Made by a program: the position numbers and the translations under genes. From an uncultured Bacillales bacterium (GTDB lineage: Bacteria; Bacillota_I; Bacilli_A; RFN20; CAG-288): a DNA stretch of 64,000 nt. The stretch lies in assembly GCA_905211645.1 (NCBI GenBank), contig CAJMBK010000001.1, positions 155,331 through 219,330 of the forward strand, given 5' to 3'. The notes beneath the pieces were generated by a model. The model saw only the letters and a list, made by a program, of their open reading frames with translations. It did not search any database and was not told the DNA's origin. The stretch's first letter is position 1, and each line of letters begins with the position of its first letter. Shown piece by piece: positions 51,526 to 61,219 of this stretch.

Positions 51526-53423
51526 TGATTAAAAATTATGATTATGATGTAGTTGTTGTTGGTGGAGGTCATGCAGGTAGTGAAGCAGCTCACGCTGCAG
51601 CAACTATGGGTATGAAAACAATGATGTATGTTTTCAATAAAAAGATGATTGCAAACATGCCATGTAACCCATCAATTGGTGGCTCCGCAAAAGGTATTGT
51701 TGTTAGAGAAATTGATGCCTTAGGTGGCATCATGGGTAAATTTGCAGATAAACATTATTTGCAGATGAAAGTTTTGAATATGTCCAAAGGTCCAGGTGTT
51801 CAATCTTTAAGAGCTCAAGAGGATAAGATGACATATCCAAATTCAATCTGGCATTACCTTGAAACAGTTGAAAATCTTTCTATTGAAGAAAAGGAAGTTG
51901 TTGATATTGAAAACCTTTCTGAAGGTGAAGAAACTTTGTTCAGAATTGGATTCGCAGGAACTGATGAGAAGGTTTTAACTAGAGCAGTTATTCTTTGCAC
52001 TGGTACTCATCTTGAATCTACAATTTTAAGAGGTCATCATGTTGAAGTTGGTGGTCCTGATGGTGAAAAACCAAGCCATGGTTTATCTGCTAGCTTAGAA
52101 AAATTAGGTCTTTCCTTATTCAGGTTAAAGACTGGAACTCCACCAAGAATTGAAAAATCTTCTATTGACTTTTCAAAATTGGAACCACAATATGGTTCCG
52201 ATGGACACTTTGCTTTTTCATATGACACTGATGATTTTGTTCCTTTAGATGAACAATGTGTTTGCTACATCACATACACTACTCCTAGAACTCACGAAAT
52301 TATTAGAGAACACTTAAAAGACTCAGCAATGTACGGCGGAGTTGTTACCGGTGTTGGTCCAAGATATTGTCCATCAATTGAAGATAAAATTGTCCGTTTT
52401 GCTGATAAACCAAGACACTTACTCTTCCTTGAACCTGAAAGTAAATATAACGATTCAATCTATTTGCAAGGTTTCTCAACAAGTATGCCAATCGATGTTC
52501 AAGAAGAGATGGTTCATTCCCTTCCTGGACTTGAACATGCAAAGATTATGAAATATGCATACGCAATTGAATACAATGCAATTAGACCTTTGGAATTCTC
52601 AGCAAGTTTGATGTCTTACAAAGTTAAAGGTTTATTTGCAGCAGGTCAAGTTATTGGAACTTCAGGCTACGAAGAAGCAGGTGCTTTAGGTTTGATGGCT
52701 GCAATTAATTGCGTCAGATTTTTAAGAAATGAGGACCCATTCATCTTAAGAAGAGATGAAGCTTATATTGGTGTCATGATTGATGATTTAGTCACAAAAG
52801 GAACTGAAGAACCTTACCGTTTACTTTCAGCAAGAAGTGAATATAGACTAATCACAAGATCTGATAACGCAGATATTCGTTTGATGAAATATGGTTACGA
52901 ATTAGGTTTAAATTCCAAAGAAAGATATCAAAAGTTAAATCTAAAACTCGATCATCTTAAAAAAGCAGTTGAGGTTTTAAAATCCTATCACGTTAAAAAA
53001 GATCAAAGAGTAATCGATTATGTAGTTTCTTTAGGATTTGAAATTCCTAATGAATCTGTATCTTTCTACGACTTGCTTAAAAGACAAAAGGTTGAATATT
53101 CAGTTTTAAATACTTTCCAACCACTTTTCCCACTTACAGATAATGAAAGAATCTGCCTTGAAATCGAACTTAAATATGAAGGTTACATCAAGATGGCTTA
53201 TCAACAAGCTGAAAAGCTTAAACAGATGGAAGATTTCAAGATTCCAAGTGATATCGACTTTTCAAAAATTGATGGTATTTCTTTAGAAGCAAGAGAAAAA
53301 CTTAATAAGATTAGACCTACAACAATCGGCCTTGCTTCAAGAATCACATCAGTTCACCCCGCTGACATCGATACACTTATCTTCTACATCAAAAATATGA
53401 AACGAGGTAATAAACATGATTAG
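51525..53423 (+). CDS. mnmG: tRNA uridine 5-carboxymethylaminomethyl modification enzyme MnmG (GidA)
   Basis: FAD motif DVVVVGGGHAGSEAA. 632 aa. Confidence 0.95.
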   Translation: MIKNYDYDVVVVGGGHAGSEAAHAAATMGMKTMMYVFNKKMIANMPCNPSIGGSAKGIVVREIDALGGIMGKFADKHYLQMKVLNMSKGPGVQSLRAQEDKMTYPNSIWHYLETVENLSIEEKEVVDIENLSEGEETLFRIGFAGTDEKVLTRAVILCTGTHLESTILRGHHVEVGGPDGEKPSHGLSASLEKLGLSLFRLKTGTPPRIEKSSIDFSKLEPQYGSDGHFAFSYDTDDFVPLDEQCVCYITYTTPRTHEIIREHLKDSAMYGGVVTGVGPRYCPSIEDKIVRFADKPRHLLFLEPESKYNDSIYLQGFSTSMPIDVQEEMVHSLPGLEHAKIMKYAYAIEYNAIRPLEFSASLMSYKVKGLFAAGQVIGTSGYEEAGALGLMAAINCVRFLRNEDPFILRRDEAYIGVMIDDLVTKGTEEPYRLLSARSEYRLITRSDNADIRLMKYGYELGLNSKERYQKLNLKLDHLKKAVEVLKSYHVKKDQRVIDYVVSLGFEIPNESVSFYDLLKRQKVEYSVLNTFQPLFPLTDNERICLEIELKYEGYIKMAYQQAEKLKQMEDFKIPSDIDFSKIDGISLEAREKLNKIRPTTIGLASRITSVHPADIDTLIFYIKNMKRGNKHD

Positions 53424-53880
53424 ACTTATCGATGCCACTCAACATTTAGACTCAAATGCTCAAACAAAGAAATTGGAAGAACTTTTTGATAAAGTTGTCT
53501 CCAATTTTGATGATTCTGAAGCAGTTAAAAATTTATTCATCAACTTAGCTTTCATCAAACTCTTGGTTCCATTTGTTGAAACTGATGAAGACTTACAAAA
53601 TAAAACTGATGAAACTAAAAAGAGTCTTTCAATGTTCATTTTAAGAGACGATGAAAAGAATAATTATTGCTACACTTTCACCAATTTCCAAACTGTTGAA
53701 GACATTTTGAATCAATATTCAACTGAAATTGGTAGAGATATCTATGTCAGAGAATATTCTTTAGGTGATTTGATCAACTTCTTAAAAGATCATTTGAAGT
53801 TTAATGGAACAGTAGTTTTTGCCTTTAGTAAGGATAAATTCTTACCAATTCCATTTGATGCTTTAGAGCAAATTGCATAA
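53416..53880 (+). CDS. Hypothetical protein, SseB-like (tentative), paralog of 54015-54551
   Basis: Shares a collinear pattern with the next ORF (FILRDDEKNNYCYTFTNFQTVEDI / VILKNTDARSNKEVKYACCFFHEDDFDKVI; FNGTVVFAF / FDGVVFDAN). Confidence 0.3.
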   Translation: MIRLIDATQHLDSNAQTKKLEELFDKVVSNFDDSEAVKNLFINLAFIKLLVPFVETDEDLQNKTDETKKSLSMFILRDDEKNNYCYTFTNFQTVEDILNQYSTEIGRDIYVREYSLGDLINFLKDHLKFNGTVVFAFSKDKFLPIPFDALEQIA

Positions 53881-53881
53881 C

Positions 53882-53912
53882 TTTCAGCCGGATACTCAGT
53901 TATTCGGCTTTT
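53882..53912 (+). terminator. Intrinsic terminator
   Basis: AGCCGGATA..TTATTCGGCT + TTTT. Confidence 0.5.
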
Positions 53913-54014
53913 ATAATGAAAAAATTTGTGCAAATTAAGCATAAATTAACAATTTAAGCCAATTAATATATTAATAATTACTATAATTATTAATTAGTAA
54001 AAAAGGGAGTTATT

Positions 54015-54551
54015 ATGGAAGAATTAGATAGAGAAATGGTTATGAATATGAAAGAACCAGAATTTACACAAGATGAAGAAAAAGTTGCTAAAGTAAGAGA
54101 ACTCATGCACACTTTTAAGACATCTCAAGATATGAATGAAAAGCAAAAAGCTTACAACGAATTGATGACTCTTCTCAGTCAAATGAAATATTATTTAGCA
54201 TGCTTTGAAATTCAAACAAACGATGAAAAAGAACCAGTTAAATTTTCACCAGTTATTTTGAAAAACACTGATGCAAGATCAAATAAAGAAGTTAAATACG
54301 CATGTTGCTTCTTCCACGAAGATGATTTTGATAAGGTTATTCCTCATGCTGACGATGATGTTAAAATTGTTCAAAAACTTTGCAACATCGGTTTCTTAGT
54401 TTACACCTTTGGTCACAATCAAAACTTCGATGGTGTTGTTTTTGACGCAAATAATGCAGATATTGCAATCGGCAGTAATTTCTTCGACGCAATGAAAGAT
54501 TATACCGATAAGAGAATCGAAGAAGATAGCAAGAAAGAAGAAACAAAGTAA
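54015..54551 (+). CDS. Hypothetical protein, SseB-like (tentative)
   Basis: See the paralog at 53416-53880. RBS GGGAG. Confidence 0.3.
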   Translation: MEELDREMVMNMKEPEFTQDEEKVAKVRELMHTFKTSQDMNEKQKAYNELMTLLSQMKYYLACFEIQTNDEKEPVKFSPVILKNTDARSNKEVKYACCFFHEDDFDKVIPHADDDVKIVQKLCNIGFLVYTFGHNQNFDGVVFDANNADIAIGSNFFDAMKDYTDKRIEEDSKKEETK

Positions 54552-54552
54552 T

Positions 54553-56322
54553 ATGGATCAAAGGATTAAAGTCTTTGATTCAGTTAGAAAATATAAGTGG
54601 TATTTCGTAGTTGGACCATTACTTAAAGCCTTTGAAACAGTAGTTGATTTGATCGTTCCATTAATCATGAAAAATATTCTTGATTACATGGTTCAAGGTC
54701 ATAGCCAAGATGAGTGTTTATATTATCTTTTTACAAGATTAGCTTTAATTATTTCATTGTGCTTACTCGGTTTCACTTTTACTATGATTTGCCAATACAT
54801 CGCATCCGTTGCGGCACAAAAAGTTTCTAACGATGTAAGAATTAAATTATTTAATCATATTACAAGCTTCTCAGTTAAGGATGTTGAATCATTTCCCGAT
54901 GGATATTTAAATACCTGTTTAACAACTGATACAACCTATGTTCAAACCGGTGTTTTACACTTTATCCGTTTGGTTTCCAGAGCGCCATTTCTTATTATCG
55001 GGGCTTTGATTATCACATTCATATTCGACTGGTCAATCGGTTTACTTTTCTTAGCCACAATTCCAATTATCTGCTTCATCGTTTTCTTTGTCATGAGAAA
55101 ATCCAGTAAGCAGTACACAATCTTACAAAAAGAACTTGATGAACTCACTTCATTAACCTCTGACACAATCACTGGTAACAGAGTTATCAGAGCTTTCAAC
55201 AGAGAAGATTATCAAAAGGAAATGTTTCAAAAGGAAAGTGAATACTACGCCAAACTTGGTCGTAAGGTCAGTTTTATCAACGCATTCATCAATCCTTTAG
55301 TTTACATGGTCATCAATGTTGCGATCGTTTTGGTTGTTTACATTTCTGGTATGAAAATTGATGGAGTTATTACAACTCCAGGTGGTAATAAACTAGAAGC
55401 AACCACAGTCATCGCTTTAGTTAATTACCTTGAGCAAATTTTTATTGCACTTATTGTTATCACAAACTTAGTCAATATTTTCACCAGAGCAGGAATTTCT
55501 TCCAGACGTATCAACAAGATTTTTGCTAAGAAAGCATCAATTGCTAACGATGGTAAAAAGATTGTCAAAGAGATTGAAAAAGGTGAACCTTTATATCAAT
55601 TTGAAAATGTTACTTTTGCTTATGAAGATGAAGGTAATAAGACTTTAACCGATATTAATTTCACCGTTAATAAAGGAGAAAAAGTTGGTGTTATCGGTGG
55701 TACCGGTTGTGGTAAATCAACTTTAGCAAAATGTTTACTCAGAATGGTTGATGCCACAGAAGGAACCGTGAAATATAAAGGTGAAAAGATATCAGACTAC
55801 GATTTACCAACTTTACATAATGAAGTTGGAATGGTTTATCAAAAGTCAGTTTTATTCAAAGGTACCATCAAGTCTAACATGCTTATGGCTAATAAGAATT
55901 TAACTGATGAAGAGATTATCAAATCCTTAAAAGATGCCCTTGCCTACGAATTTATTTCTAACTATTCAGATACTATCAACCATGAAGTTGAAGAAGGTGG
56001 TAGAAACTTTTCTGGTGGTCAAAAACAACGTATCTCAATCGCAAGAATCTTAGCTAAGAATCCTGAAGTTATGATCTTTGACGATTCTACTTCTGCTCTT
56101 GATTATCTTTCCGATTTAACAGTTAGAAAGAATATTGAAACTAAATACAGCGATAAAACTATTTTCTACATCTCTCAACGTGTTTCTACAATTAGAAACT
56201 GTGACAAGATCATCGTTATGGATCATGGTCAAGTTGTTGGAGTTGGAACTCATGATGATTTGTTAAATAGCAATCTTGTTTATCAAGAAATCTATCGCTC
56301 TCAAACAAAGGAGGCAAACTAA
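54553..56322 (+). CDS. ABC exporter, fused permease/ATPase (half-transporter 1 of a heterodimeric pair)
   Basis: 6 TM + NBD. Walker A GGTGCGKST, signature FSGGQKQR, Walker B MIFDDSTSALD. Confidence 0.85.
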   Translation: MDQRIKVFDSVRKYKWYFVVGPLLKAFETVVDLIVPLIMKNILDYMVQGHSQDECLYYLFTRLALIISLCLLGFTFTMICQYIASVAAQKVSNDVRIKLFNHITSFSVKDVESFPDGYLNTCLTTDTTYVQTGVLHFIRLVSRAPFLIIGALIITFIFDWSIGLLFLATIPIICFIVFFVMRKSSKQYTILQKELDELTSLTSDTITGNRVIRAFNREDYQKEMFQKESEYYAKLGRKVSFINAFINPLVYMVINVAIVLVVYISGMKIDGVITTPGGNKLEATTVIALVNYLEQIFIALIVITNLVNIFTRAGISSRRINKIFAKKASIANDGKKIVKEIEKGEPLYQFENVTFAYEDEGNKTLTDINFTVNKGEKVGVIGGTGCGKSTLAKCLLRMVDATEGTVKYKGEKISDYDLPTLHNEVGMVYQKSVLFKGTIKSNMLMANKNLTDEEIIKSLKDALAYEFISNYSDTINHEVEEGGRNFSGGQKQRISIARILAKNPEVMIFDDSTSALDYLSDLTVRKNIETKYSDKTIFYISQRVSTIRNCDKIIVMDHGQVVGVGTHDDLLNSNLVYQEIYRSQTKEAN

Positions 56323-56323
56323 T

Positions 56324-58072
56324 ATGAATAATAAATTCAAATTTGCAAGCCTCTTCAAATATTTAAAGAAAGACTTACATTTACTTATTCTTTCTTTATT
56401 CTCAGCACTTATTTATGCAGTAAGTATCACTGCAATTCCATTCTTGGTTGGTCTTTCAGTTAACTACATGGTTGAAGGAAATACTGATTTTAAATCTATT
56501 TCAATCATCGTCTTAATAATGGGTATTTTAACTGTAAGCTCAGTTATCTTTGATTACATCTACGAATTTACAGTTGGTGTTTTCTCCTACAATGCAGTTA
56601 ATAGAATTAGAAAAGACCTTTATTCAAAGTATTTGAGTGTTCCAATTTCATATCTAGATTCATCTTCTCAAGGTGATTTAATTCAAAAGAATATTTTGGA
56701 TTGTGAGTACATCACAAACGGTCTTATCTCATTTGTTAAACAACTCTATCTAGGAATTGTAACTGTTATTGTCACCATTGTTTTCATGTTTATTCTCAAT
56801 TACATCTTGGCTTTAGCAGTTTGCTTACTAACTCCATTATCATTTGTTGTTACAAAGTTTGTTTCAAAGACTACTTCAAAGTATTTCAAGAAACAATCAG
56901 CTGCAATGGCAGATCAAAATGGCTTCTCAAATGAGATGATTAATAATTTATCAATCATTCAATCATTCAACTTTGAAGAAGAATCAAATAATATCTACAC
57001 AGAAAAGAATGGTACTTTGTACAAATACGGACAAAAAGCACTTTTCTCATCTTCATGGCCTAATCCAACAACTAGAGTTGTTAATAATATCATCTACTGT
57101 GTAGTTGCTATGATTGCAATCTTACTTTTTGTCTTTGCAGATAGTGTACCAGCAGCAATTCCTGCAGTTGAAATTGGTATTATCGGTTCATTTTTATCCT
57201 ACACAAACCAATACACCAAGCCATTCAATGATATTTCATCTGTCTTATCTGAATTTGGCTTGATGAAAGCAAGTTACAACAGAGTTCATGAACTTTTGAC
57301 TAAAGAAGATGATATCGATGTTGGTCAAAATGAAATCGTCAAACCTGTTGAAGCAATTGATTTCAAGAATATGAATTTCTCCTACGATTCAAGTAGAAAA
57401 CTTATTCAAGATTTCAATTTACATATTTCAAAAGGTCAAAGAATTGCTCTTGTTGGTAAAACTGGTTGTGGAAAAACAACACTTATCAATGTCTTAATGA
57501 GATTCTATGACTATCAATCTGGTGAGATTGATATCGATGGTATCAAGACTTTGGACATCAAGAAGTCGAGTTTGAGAAATAAGTTTGCAATGGTTTTGCA
57601 AGATAGCTGGTTATTTAACGGAACAATTTATGACAATATCAGATATTCAAAACCTGATGCAACCAAAGAAGAAATTATCGAAGCAAGTAAGAAAGCAAAT
57701 GCTCATAGTTTCATCATGAGAATGCCAAACGGTTATGATACGGTTGTTAGCAATAAATCTGGTCTTTCCGAAGGTGAAAAGCAGTTGTTAACTATCGCAA
57801 GGTGCATGCTTAAAATGCCTGAAATTCTTATTTTGGACGAAGCAACAAGCTCCATCGACACAAGAAGTGAAAGAAAGATTTACTCCGCATTTGATAAGTT
57901 CTTAGAGAATAGAACTTCAATTGTTATCGCTCATAGATTACAAACTATTGTTAATTCAGATTTGATTCTCATGATGGAAAACGGAATCATCGTTGAAAAA
58001 GGAACTCATGAGGAACTTATTGCAAAACATGGTAAGTACTTTGAGTTGTATAATTCTCAATTTGAACATTAA
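56324..58072 (+). CDS. ABC exporter, fused permease/ATPase (half-transporter 2)
   Basis: Walker A GKTGCGKTT, signature LSEGEKQL, Walker B LILDEATSSID. Start at the ATG after AAGGAGG. Confidence 0.85.
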   Translation: MNNKFKFASLFKYLKKDLHLLILSLFSALIYAVSITAIPFLVGLSVNYMVEGNTDFKSISIIVLIMGILTVSSVIFDYIYEFTVGVFSYNAVNRIRKDLYSKYLSVPISYLDSSSQGDLIQKNILDCEYITNGLISFVKQLYLGIVTVIVTIVFMFILNYILALAVCLLTPLSFVVTKFVSKTTSKYFKKQSAAMADQNGFSNEMINNLSIIQSFNFEEESNNIYTEKNGTLYKYGQKALFSSSWPNPTTRVVNNIIYCVVAMIAILLFVFADSVPAAIPAVEIGIIGSFLSYTNQYTKPFNDISSVLSEFGLMKASYNRVHELLTKEDDIDVGQNEIVKPVEAIDFKNMNFSYDSSRKLIQDFNLHISKGQRIALVGKTGCGKTTLINVLMRFYDYQSGEIDIDGIKTLDIKKSSLRNKFAMVLQDSWLFNGTIYDNIRYSKPDATKEEIIEASKKANAHSFIMRMPNGYDTVVSNKSGLSEGEKQLLTIARCMLKMPEILILDEATSSIDTRSERKIYSAFDKFLENRTSIVIAHRLQTIVNSDLILMMENGIIVEKGTHEELIAKHGKYFELYNSQFEH

Positions 58073-58074
58073 AA

Positions 58075-58112
58075 ATTTGGCTAAGAGATTTGGTTCTCTT
58101 AGCCAATATTTA
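58075..58112. terminator. Bidirectional terminator hairpin between convergent genes
   Basis: TTGGCTAAGAGA-TTTGGT-TCTCTTAGCCAA, flanked by A/T runs on both sides. Confidence 0.55.
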
Positions 58113-58781
58113 TTTGAGAAAACTATCGACTACTTCGTCTTTTCCTGTTTTAGTAATCACACCATCTTCGATTAAAAAGACTTTATCTGATAAAGCTTTA
58201 GCACATCTTTTATCATGAGTGATTGTGATAATTGTAGTGTTCTCTTTTTCATTGATTTCATTTAAAACAGAAACTAAATTTCTTAGATTGTTGTAATCTT
58301 GTCCAACTGTTGGTTCATCTAAAATTAAAACTTCTGGTTTACTAGCAAGAATTGCAGCAATAGAAACTCTTCTTTTTTGACCTTCAGAAAGTGAATGAGG
58401 ATGTCTTGAATAGAGGTGGTAAACATCTAATTTCTTAGCGATTTCTTCAGCGTATTCTTTGGAATAACACGAATATTCAAGTTCCTTTTTAACTGTTGGC
58501 ATGAAAAGTTGATAATCTGGGTTTTGGAAAACATAACCAACCTTTTTAATCTTTTCTCTCATCTCAGGTTTGTAGCAATGAACTTTACATGTTGAACAGA
58601 AATGTTTGTTCTTTTTAAAAGGACATCTATCCAACCTAAAGAGAGCATACTCTGCCAGTTCTTTGCATTCAGGACATAGATTTTTACCCCGAGTTTTATG
58701 GTGATGATGGCAATATTTTCTAATCATTATCGGAATGATTTTCTTCTCTTTTTCAAATTTCTTATATTCTTTATTCTTCAT
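58110..58781 (-). CDS. Chimeric ORF: YgbA-like Cys-rich domain fused to an EcfA-like ABC ATPase fragment that lacks Walker A
   Basis: Residues 1-75 (YCHHHHKTRGKNLCPECKELAEYALFRLDRCPFKKNKHFCSTCKVHCYKPEMREKI) match, as I recall it, the 'nitrous-oxide-stimulated promoter' YgbA family. They are joined directly to VFQNPDYQLF (Q-loop), LSEGQKRR (signature), LILDEP (Walker B) and ITHD (H-loop). No GxxGxGKS/T anywhere. Confidence 0.55.
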   Translation of the reverse strand: MKNKEYKKFEKEKKIIPIMIRKYCHHHHKTRGKNLCPECKELAEYALFRLDRCPFKKNKHFCSTCKVHCYKPEMREKIKKVGYVFQNPDYQLFMPTVKKELEYSCYSKEYAEEIAKKLDVYHLYSRHPHSLSEGQKRRVSIAAILASKPEVLILDEPTVGQDYNNLRNLVSVLNEINEKENTTIITITHDKRCAKALSDKVFLIEDGVITKTGKDEVVDSFLK

Positions 58782-58950
58782 AATTCTCTTATATGTTATC
58801 TATATTTAACAACTGTTAACTACATGCAACATTTTATAGATTTATTACTTAAAAATCTATAGCTAAGTGCACAAATTTCAAGCTTTGACCATTTTGAAAA
58901 AGATTACATACAAAACAGTTTGATAAAATAACTGAGTCAGGAGAAAATTT

Positions 58951-59658
58951 ATGATTAAGAATGTATTATTTGACTTAGATGGTTCATTACTTTATATGGA
59001 CAGTGATAAGTTTATGAATATTTACTTTAAAACCATCTGCAAGGTTGGTTTTAAATATGGTTATGAACCAGTAGGATTTATCAAATCCATCATGAAAGGA
59101 ACTCAAGCAATGGTTTTAAATGATGGAAGTAAAACTAATGAGGAAGTTTTCTGGGAAACATTTGAAAAGTTAAATCCGAATTACGATAAAAATATCATTA
59201 AAGATTTAAATAACTACTACGAAACTGACTTCAACCAAGTTAAAGATTCATGCAAAGCAATGGATTTAGCAAAAGTAGCTGTTAAGAAATGCAAAGATCT
59301 CGGATTGAATGTCACTTTAGCAACCAATCCAATCTTTCCACGCATCGCTACTATGAATCGAATTGCTTGGGCAAATTTAGATCCTAAAGATTTCAATTTA
59401 ATTACAACTTATGAAAATTCATCATATTGCAAACCAAATTTAAAATATTACGAATCAATCTTAAGTAGATTTAATTATAAGCCCGAAGAAACTTTGATGA
59501 TTGGTAATGATTGCAGAGAAGATTTAGTTATTAATAAATTAGGAGTTAATGTATTTCTTCTCACTCATTGTTTGATTAATCCTGATGATGTGGATTTATC
59601 AAACATCCCTCACGGAAGCTTTGAAGATTTGTTAATTTATTTGGATAATTTGAATTAA
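58951..59658 (+). CDS. HAD-superfamily hydrolase
   Basis: Motif I FDLDGSL. HAD fold pattern. Confidence 0.7.
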   Translation: MIKNVLFDLDGSLLYMDSDKFMNIYFKTICKVGFKYGYEPVGFIKSIMKGTQAMVLNDGSKTNEEVFWETFEKLNPNYDKNIIKDLNNYYETDFNQVKDSCKAMDLAKVAVKKCKDLGLNVTLATNPIFPRIATMNRIAWANLDPKDFNLITTYENSSYCKPNLKYYESILSRFNYKPEETLMIGNDCREDLVINKLGVNVFLLTHCLINPDDVDLSNIPHGSFEDLLIYLDNLN

Positions 59659-59690
59659 GGCCGAGACAAAAATCGGTCTTTTCTTTTTCC
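59659..59690 (+). terminator. Intrinsic terminator
   Basis: GGCCGAGAC-AAAAAT-CGGTCTTTTC + TTTTT. Confidence 0.55.
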
Positions 59691-59905
59691 TTATATATTT
59701 ATATATAAGGCTATAAATTGAAAATTTATAACCGCTAAATGAAAACCTTTACAAGGTAAGTTTTCATTGCTGTATTATTGTAAACTTTTGACACTATTTT
59801 CCTATATAGGTTTAATGAAAACGCTTTCTTTAATATTAAATGACTTTTTTTACATTGTTTCTTGCAAAAGGTGTAGATAACTTCTATAATTTTCGTAGTT
59901 GTAAA

Positions 59906-59919
59906 TTAAAGCGTTTACA
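59906..59919 (+). promoter_or_regulatory. Candidate catabolite-responsive element (cre) upstream of the sugar-binding lipoprotein gene
   Basis: TTAAAGCGTTTACA matches the cre consensus TGWAANCGNTNWCA at 13 of 14 positions, about 35 nt upstream of the ATG. Confidence 0.3.
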
Positions 59920-59952
59920 ATCACTAAGATTTATTCATTAGGAGGAAATTGA

Positions 59953-61140
59953 ATGAAAAAGAATCTTTTGAAATTAGCTGCTCTTCTTCCATTAGTTAGT
60001 GCAACTACATTGACTAGCTGTGGTGGAGACACATTAGTTGGTGTCACATACTATAATTTAGGTGATTCTAACATGGCAAATTCATGGCAACCAATGTACA
60101 AATATTTGGCTGAAGAAGTTTATGGTTGGCAGTATAAAGAAGTTAACGGTAATGGTCAAAATGCTGAAATTCAAAATGGCGTTACCAATCTTATCAACAG
60201 TGGTGCTACTGGTTTGATTGTTAATCTTAATCAACCTACACAAGCCTCTCAAATTGTTACTCAAGCTAAAAATGCTGATGTCCCAATTGTTTTATACAAT
60301 AAGGAACCTGCAACAGATGGTGGTGTAGCCGATCCTACAGTAGTTGATGGTTATGATAAAGCTTTCTTCGTTGGTACAACATCTTCAGAAGCCGGCGATA
60401 TGCAAGCAGAATTAGCATTCAATTGGTTAAAAGCACATAAGAATTCATGGGATGTTAATAAAGATGGAAAATTATCTATCTTTGTCATTAAGGGTGAAGA
60501 TGGTCACGCTGAAGCAGAAGCTCGTACAGAACACTGTGTTTCCCACTTGAAGACATTATTAAATACTCCTGGTCATGGTATCGTCAATTCATCAAATACA
60601 GAAATTACAGGTACTGATATTGTTCATGGCGCTGATGATGTTAAAACCGCAATTGCAACTGGTGGTGCAACATGGGATGGCGCTACTGCAAAGAGTATGG
60701 TTGCACAATATATCCATGTTGGTAATAATGTTAACTATGATATTGTTTTCTCAAACAATGATGATATGGCTGTTGCCGCTCTCGGTGATAGTAGCTGGCC
60801 AGAAGGCGTTCCAGTTTGGGGTGTTGACTGCTCCGCAAGTGGTGTTAACTCCATTAAGAGTGACGCAACAAATAGATTAGCAGGTTCTGTCTACAATGAC
60901 AACATTACACAACCTCGTGTTGCAGCTTTCTTGATGAATCAATTATTACAAGGCAAGACCAGAGAAGAATGTGTCGAAGCTGCTAAGGCAGAATTCGGTG
61001 ATGTCTTCACTTATGAAGAAACAGGTCATGCTTTCCGTATTAAATATACTGCAGTTACAGCAGAAAATGTTGATTCAGTAGTCCAAACCGCTGCTGCATG
61101 GATTGAAGCTGACAAAGCAGCAAATTCAACCGCTGAATAA
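59953..61140 (+). CDS. Sugar ABC transporter substrate-binding lipoprotein (MglB-like galactose/glucose-binding type)
   Basis: Lipobox LTSCGG. Resembles E. coli MglB as I recall it (NGQNAEIQNG..GATGLIVNLNQPTQASQIVTQAKNADVPIVLYNKEP vs [48 protein letters not shown]). Confidence 0.65.
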   Translation: MKKNLLKLAALLPLVSATTLTSCGGDTLVGVTYYNLGDSNMANSWQPMYKYLAEEVYGWQYKEVNGNGQNAEIQNGVTNLINSGATGLIVNLNQPTQASQIVTQAKNADVPIVLYNKEPATDGGVADPTVVDGYDKAFFVGTTSSEAGDMQAELAFNWLKAHKNSWDVNKDGKLSIFVIKGEDGHAEAEARTEHCVSHLKTLLNTPGHGIVNSSNTEITGTDIVHGADDVKTAIATGGATWDGATAKSMVAQYIHVGNNVNYDIVFSNNDDMAVAALGDSSWPEGVPVWGVDCSASGVNSIKSDATNRLAGSVYNDNITQPRVAAFLMNQLLQGKTREECVEAAKAEFGDVFTYEETGHAFRIKYTAVTAENVDSVVQTAAAWIEADKAANSTAE

Positions 61141-61165
61141 TTGTTAAAACTCTAATAATGAAAAT

Positions 61166-61200
61166 ATAGGGGTGATAGGGAACTCACCCCTTTTGTATAT
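61166..61200 (+). terminator. Hairpin (possible attenuator/terminator) between the SBP and ATPase genes
   Basis: GGGGTGATAGGGAACTCACCCC + TTTTGT. Confidence 0.4.
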
Positions 61201-61219
61201 TTAAAAGGAAGGAAAGTTA

